Of a stretch of DNA of 64,000 nt, positions 59,238 through 64,000 are shown in pieces. The notes under the pieces are model-generated. The model was given only the letters and a program-made list of their open reading frames with translations, did no database searches and was not told the DNA's origin. This DNA comes from Nostoc sp. GTDB taxonomy: Bacteria; Cyanobacteriota; Cyanobacteriia; Cyanobacteriales; Nostocaceae. Position 1 is the first letter of the stretch. Every line of letters begins with the position of its first letter. The stretch covers positions 96,001-160,000 of the forward strand of contig JBALDB010000001.1 in NCBI GenBank assembly GCA_036918135.1, read 5' to 3'. Made by a program: the position numbers and the translations under genes.

Positions 59238-61229
59238 ATGAGCATCAACTTTGGACGTGAAATTTGTGGAAATCTTGATGCAGCAGAGTCGCGTGAATGG
59301 TTAGTAACCAATGGTCGCGGCAGCTATGCTTCAGGTACAGTAGCAGGTTTATCAACACGGGGTTATCACGGTTTGCTTGTGGCTGCACTCCAACCACCGT
59401 TGCAGCGAACCTTACTATTAGCAAAGCTAGATGAAACGGTAGAGTATGAAGGCAGCTCTTATCCACTGTTTGTCAATCGTTGGTCAAATGGCACAGTCGA
59501 TCCTCAAGGTTACCGCCATATCGAAAGCTTTTATTTAGAAGGAACAATACCTGTATGGAACTTTGCTTGTGGAGGTGCATTATTAGAGAAACGCATCTGG
59601 ATGGAGCCTGGAGCCGATACCACATATATTCATTACTACTTGCGACGGGCAAAGCGATCGCTTAAGTTATCAATCAAAGCATTTGTTAATTACCGCGATT
59701 ATCACAGCAGAACCCATGCTCAAGAATCGCCTGCCAAGGATTGGCGAGTGAATGTGACTGCAATTGAGCATGGAGTGGATATCACAGTATTTCCGGAAGC
59801 GCAACCTTTGTACTTGTTGACAGATAGCGGTAATGCTTCGCCCAATAACGAGTGGTACTACGGATTTGAACTCGCAGCCGAAAAGGAACGCGGACTCAAC
59901 GATATAGACGATCTTCTTCACGCAGCAACATTTGAGGCCACACTGGAGCCTGGAAGCTCCTTTACTTTTATCGCTAGTACGCAGCAAAATCCTAATTTAA
60001 ACGGTGCAGCAGGCTTAGACTTACGTCACCAGTACGAGCAAAAGCTGACAGCAGACTGGCAAGTTAAACGTTCGCCACAAGCGCCTCAAGCTCCCGATTG
60101 GGTGCAGCAACTTGTGCTTGCTGCCGATCAGTTTATTGTTGAACGGCAAGGTGGAAAAACCATCATCGCTGGTTACCACTGGTTTACTGATTGGGGTCGT
60201 GACACCATGATTAGTCTACCCGGTCTGACGCTTGCCACTAATCGTCCCGAAATTGCAGACTCTATTCTTCGCACCTTTGGCGAATATATCAATAAAGGAA
60301 TGTTGCCCAATCGTTTTCCTGATGATAATCAGCCACCCACAGAAGATTACTACAATACGGTTGATGCGACACTATGGTATTTTGAAGCCATTCGCCTTTA
60401 CTATGCTACAACTGGGGATGACAAGCTATTAAAAGACTTATTTCCCAAACTAACAGAGATTATCGAATTTCACCATCAAGGAACGCGCTACAATATTCGC
60501 CTCGATCCTAGTGATGGGTTGCTTTATGCAGGGCAAACAGGAGTGCAGCTTACCTGGATGGATGCCAAAGTCGGAGATTGGGTAGTTACTCCTCGCATTG
60601 GCAAGCCTATAGAAGTAAATGCCCTTTGGTATAACGCTTTGCGAACAATGTCCCAGTTCGCCCAAAAGTTAGGAGAACCTAACAAAGACTACGATGCAAT
60701 GGCTGATGCCACGCAAAAAGGTTTTAATCGTTTCTGGAATGATGCCAAGGGATACTGTTTTGATATTTTAGACGGCCCAAATGGTAACGAAGCCTCTTTG
60801 CGACCAAATCAAATCTTCGCCGTATCCTTGCCAGAAAGTCCGCTTACTCCCGAACAACAACGGCAAGTAGTAGAAGCGTGCGAGCGATCGCTTCTAACTT
60901 CTCACGGATTGCGTAGTCTTGCAACTGACGATCCGCAGTATATCGGTCACTACGGTGGAGATCAATTTCATCGTGACGGTGCCTATCACCAAGGAACAGT
61001 TTGGGAATGGTTAATTGGGCCGTTTGTCTTAGCTCACTTGCGTGTGTTCAACAACCCATCTCTTGCTCGCCAATTTCTAGAACCGATGCAGCATCACCTC
61101 TATACCGCCGGACTTGGAACTATTAGTGAAATATCAAATGGTGATGCACCAATGGAACCTAAAGGTTGTATTGCTCAAGCTTGGTCAGTTGGAGAAGTAC
61201 TCCGCGCTTGGCTAGCTACAGAGAAATAA
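59238..61229 (+). CDS. Glycogen debranching enzyme-like amylo-alpha-1,6-glucosidase
   Basis: REWLVTNG, IIAGYHWFTDWGRDTMI, TWMDAK, YHQGTVW and QAWSVGE. Confidence 0.92.
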   Translation: MSINFGREICGNLDAAESREWLVTNGRGSYASGTVAGLSTRGYHGLLVAALQPPLQRTLLLAKLDETVEYEGSSYPLFVNRWSNGTVDPQGYRHIESFYLEGTIPVWNFACGGALLEKRIWMEPGADTTYIHYYLRRAKRSLKLSIKAFVNYRDYHSRTHAQESPAKDWRVNVTAIEHGVDITVFPEAQPLYLLTDSGNASPNNEWYYGFELAAEKERGLNDIDDLLHAATFEATLEPGSSFTFIASTQQNPNLNGAAGLDLRHQYEQKLTADWQVKRSPQAPQAPDWVQQLVLAADQFIVERQGGKTIIAGYHWFTDWGRDTMISLPGLTLATNRPEIADSILRTFGEYINKGMLPNRFPDDNQPPTEDYYNTVDATLWYFEAIRLYYATTGDDKLLKDLFPKLTEIIEFHHQGTRYNIRLDPSDGLLYAGQTGVQLTWMDAKVGDWVVTPRIGKPIEVNALWYNALRTMSQFAQKLGEPNKDYDAMADATQKGFNRFWNDAKGYCFDILDGPNGNEASLRPNQIFAVSLPESPLTPEQQRQVVEACERSLLTSHGLRSLATDDPQYIGHYGGDQFHRDGAYHQGTVWEWLIGPFVLAHLRVFNNPSLARQFLEPMQHHLYTAGLGTISEISNGDAPMEPKGCIAQAWSVGEVLRAWLATEK

Positions 61230-61312
61230 TATTAGGTTCGTTTGAAAGTTAATAGCAGTCATTAGCTATTAACTATTGCAAATTAATCAAAGGTCATACA
61301 AGGAAACGAAAA

Positions 61313-64000
61313 ATGACAAATATTCAAGACACAGCAGAAGGAAAAAGATTACTAGAAGACCGCAAGAAACAGAAATATTGGAAGCGGTGGGGTTCTTATT
61401 TGAGCGAACGTCAATGGGGAACAGTACGAGAAGATTACAGCGAAGGTGGTGCTGCCTGGGATTACTTTTCTCACGACCAAGCTCGTTCTCGTACCTATCG
61501 TTGGGGTGAAGATGGAATTGCAGGGATTAGCGATAATCACCAAAGAATTTGTTTTGCGATCGCTCTTTGGAATGAAAAAGACCCGATTCTCAAAGAAAGG
61601 CTATTTGGTTTAACCAACAGTGAGGGCAATCACGGGGAAGATGTCAAAGAATATTATTTTTATCTTGACAACACTCCCACGCATTCCTACATGAAATATC
61701 TTTACAAATATCCGCAACAAGCTTTCCCTTACAGCCAATTAATTGAGGAAAACAGAAATCGAAAATCAACCAATCCCGGAGCTTTAGAATATGAACTAAT
61801 AGATACAGGGGTTTTTGATGATAATCGTTACTTTGATGTTTTAGTAGAGTACGCTAAAAATTCTCCAGAAGATATTCACATCAAGATTAGTGTTACTAAC
61901 CGAGGAGCGGAAACGGCCAAATTGCATCTTTTACCAACTATTTGGCTTCGTAATACTTGGTCTTGGGGGTATGATAATCAAACAAAAGAATTTAAATACC
62001 TACAAGCTATCAAAACTGACTCGAACCTAAGCGTCATAGAAGCTGTTTATAAAGATAATCAGGAAGTTAAAAATTTACGTAAAGGATGGCTTTATAGCGA
62101 GGCTGCTAACGAACTTCTGTTTACAGAAAACGAAACAAATAAGGAACGATTTGGATGGGGTAAGAATTCTGACCCTGTCAAAGATGGCATCAATGATTAC
62201 ATTATTTCTTTCGGAAATCAAAAAACAGTAAATTCTACTCAAAAAGGGACAAAAGCCGCAGCTCATTACGACTTGACGATTAATCCTGGAGAAACCAAAA
62301 TAGTTAGATTACGGTTGAGCGATACAAATTTAGATTCTCCCTTTGGTAATGATTTTGAAACTGTATTTCAAACTCGCCAACGCGAAGCCGATGAATTTTA
62401 TCAAGCTGTTTGTCCTTCTTCTATTTCCGAGGATATGCGGAACGTGCAAAGACAAAGCTTTGCAGGAATGTTGTGGAGCAAACAATATTATCACTATGTA
62501 GTTTACGATTGGCTCAATGGCGATCCTAATCCACCAAAGCCACCAGAAAAACGTAAAAGTGGCAGAAACCGTGAGTGGGATCATTTATTTAATGAAGATA
62601 TTATTTCCATGCCAGACGCTTGGGAATATCCTTGGTTTGCTGCTTGGGATTTAGCTTTTCATACCGTTACCTTGGCACTAATCGATCCAGAATTTGCTAA
62701 AAAGCAATTGTATTTATTTACGCGCGAATGGTATATGCACCCCAACGGTCAAATACCAGCTTATGAGTGGGCATTTGGTGATGTAAATCCACCTGTTCAT
62801 GCTTGGGCTGCATGGCGTGTTTACAACATAGAAAAGCAACTGTATGGCAATGCTGATAGAAACTTTTTGGAAGAAATCTTTCAAAAGTTATCTATTTATT
62901 TTACTTGGTGGGTAAATCGTAAAGACATTGAAGGCAACAACCTTTTTCAAGGAGGCTTTTTAGGATTAGATAATATTGGAGTTCTGGATAGAAGTAACAT
63001 TCAGATTCCTAACGCATTCATAGAGCAGTCTGACGGTACTAGTTGGATGGGAATGTACTGTTTAAATTTGCTCAAAATAGCCACAGAACTTGCCAAAAAA
63101 GATTCTACTAACGAATCTAAGAGCGAGTATGAAGATATGGCTTCTAAATATTTCCAGCATTTCCTACTCATCGCTGATGCAATGAACAAAGTCGGTGGTG
63201 CAGACGTAGATATATGGGACGAACAAGACAAATTTTACTATGACATTCTCAAAGCTCCTAAAGGTGTAGTTGAAGGTGCAAACAATGATGGTGTATTGTT
63301 AATGAGAGTGCGGTCAATAGTCGGATTAATCCCGCTTTTTGCTGTAGAAACAATTGAACAAGAGATTGTAGATAAATATTTATCCTCAGATTTCAAAGAC
63401 CGAGTTTATTGGTTTGTTAACAATCGTCCCCAACTTACTAAACACAATAATATTTCTCTGAGAACTGATGGCAAAGGAGTTTATTTGTCGTTGGTAAATC
63501 AAGACCGACTCCAATCAATTTTGAACCGTCTGCTAAATCAAGCAGAATTTTTGAGCGATTATGGTGTCCGAGCTTTGTCAAAATATCATAAGGATCATCC
63601 TTATGTCTTACGGGCAAATGGACAGGAGTATCGGGTGGAATACGAACCAGCTGAATCAAAATACGGAATGTTTGGTGGCAATTCTAATTGGCGCGGCCCT
63701 ATTTGGTTTCCTGTGAATTATCTTTTGATTGAATCTTTGTCGAAGTTTCACGATTTTTGGGGAGATAAAATCAAGGTTGATTGTCCTACCTCTTCAGGTG
63801 AAAACAAAAAGATGAATTTGCAAGAAGTGGCAAACGAATTAAGCCAAAGGCTGATCAAAATTTTCCTGAAAGACCCAACATCTGGTAAGCGACCTGTTTA
63901 TGGTAGCTCAGAAAAGTTTCAAAACGACCCATATTGGCGTGATTTGATTTTGTTCTATGAATATTTTCATGGCGATATTGGTGCGGGTATTGGTGCTAGC
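61313..64000 (+). CDS. MGH1/GH63-like glucosidase (partial, runs off the window; absent from the ORF track)
   Basis: Manual translation begins [13 protein letters not shown]...[18 protein letters not shown]; later [19 protein letters not shown] and [13 protein letters not shown]; the end [14 protein letters not shown] is in frame with the start. Confidence 0.9.
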   Translation, partial: MTNIQDTAEGKRLLEDRKKQKYWKRWGSYLSERQWGTVREDYSEGGAAWDYFSHDQARSRTYRWGEDGIAGISDNHQRICFAIALWNEKDPILKERLFGLTNSEGNHGEDVKEYYFYLDNTPTHSYMKYLYKYPQQAFPYSQLIEENRNRKSTNPGALEYELIDTGVFDDNRYFDVLVEYAKNSPEDIHIKISVTNRGAETAKLHLLPTIWLRNTWSWGYDNQTKEFKYLQAIKTDSNLSVIEAVYKDNQEVKNLRKGWLYSEAANELLFTENETNKERFGWGKNSDPVKDGINDYIISFGNQKTVNSTQKGTKAAAHYDLTINPGETKIVRLRLSDTNLDSPFGNDFETVFQTRQREADEFYQAVCPSSISEDMRNVQRQSFAGMLWSKQYYHYVVYDWLNGDPNPPKPPEKRKSGRNREWDHLFNEDIISMPDAWEYPWFAAWDLAFHTVTLALIDPEFAKKQLYLFTREWYMHPNGQIPAYEWAFGDVNPPVHAWAAWRVYNIEKQLYGNADRNFLEEIFQKLSIYFTWWVNRKDIEGNNLFQGGFLGLDNIGVLDRSNIQIPNAFIEQSDGTSWMGMYCLNLLKIATELAKKDSTNESKSEYEDMASKYFQHFLLIADAMNKVGGADVDIWDEQDKFYYDILKAPKGVVEGANNDGVLLMRVRSIVGLIPLFAVETIEQEIVDKYLSSDFKDRVYWFVNNRPQLTKHNNISLRTDGKGVYLSLVNQDRLQSILNRLLNQAEFLSDYGVRALSKYHKDHPYVLRANGQEYRVEYEPAESKYGMFGGNSNWRGPIWFPVNYLLIESLSKFHDFWGDKIKVDCPTSSGENKKMNLQEVANELSQRLIKIFLKDPTSGKRPVYGSSEKFQNDPYWRDLILFYEYFHGDIGAGIGAS

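Noticed and set aside
61276..63659. Short ORFs listed in the track at the right end
   Set aside because: They are shadows of the long GH63-like frame starting at 61313, whose stop lies beyond the window.
1..64000. Abundant GCGATCGC octamers as a novel repeat; other short antisense ORFs inside long genes
   Set aside because: GCGATCGC is the well-known cyanobacterial HIP1; the nested ORFs lack motifs and overlap well-supported genes.

Overview
A 64-kb AT-rich chromosomal window from a filamentous cyanobacterium, most likely Nostocales. This rests on dense HIP1 octamers (GCGATCGC), heptamer STRR-type arrays, an SLH-OprB porin and an AMIN-domain TonB receptor. From left to right it holds: (1) a heptose-activation/glycosyltransferase operon (GT4, GT4-GmhA fusion, SDR, GmhB, HldE, several GT9, GT2) interrupted by a 42-bp tandem array; (2) an AraC plus TonB-dependent receptor pair, then a GT4 and a CdaR/PucR regulator; (3) a GC-richer patch with SnoaL and YghA-like SDR genes, and an endolysin-like peptidoglycan-binding peptidase; (4) a four-gene minus-strand cluster of three secreted DUF11-type proteins and a large outer-membrane barrel; (5) a ThrC paralog plus MoaD/CysO-like carrier behind a clear promoter with an IscR-type palindrome, then a porin, a second thrC, an RTX protein and murF; (6) an 11-gene oxidative carbohydrate cluster running off the right edge. 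The best candidate for an undescribed system is cluster (4). Its DUF11 domains appear split into N-terminal donor strands and C-terminally truncated acceptor domains, as expected for a strand-complemented, possibly isopeptide-crosslinked surface filament. Cluster (6) is the second candidate. All family calls come from motif recognition by eye; no searches were run. No rRNA, tRNA, CRISPR array or intact transposase was seen.
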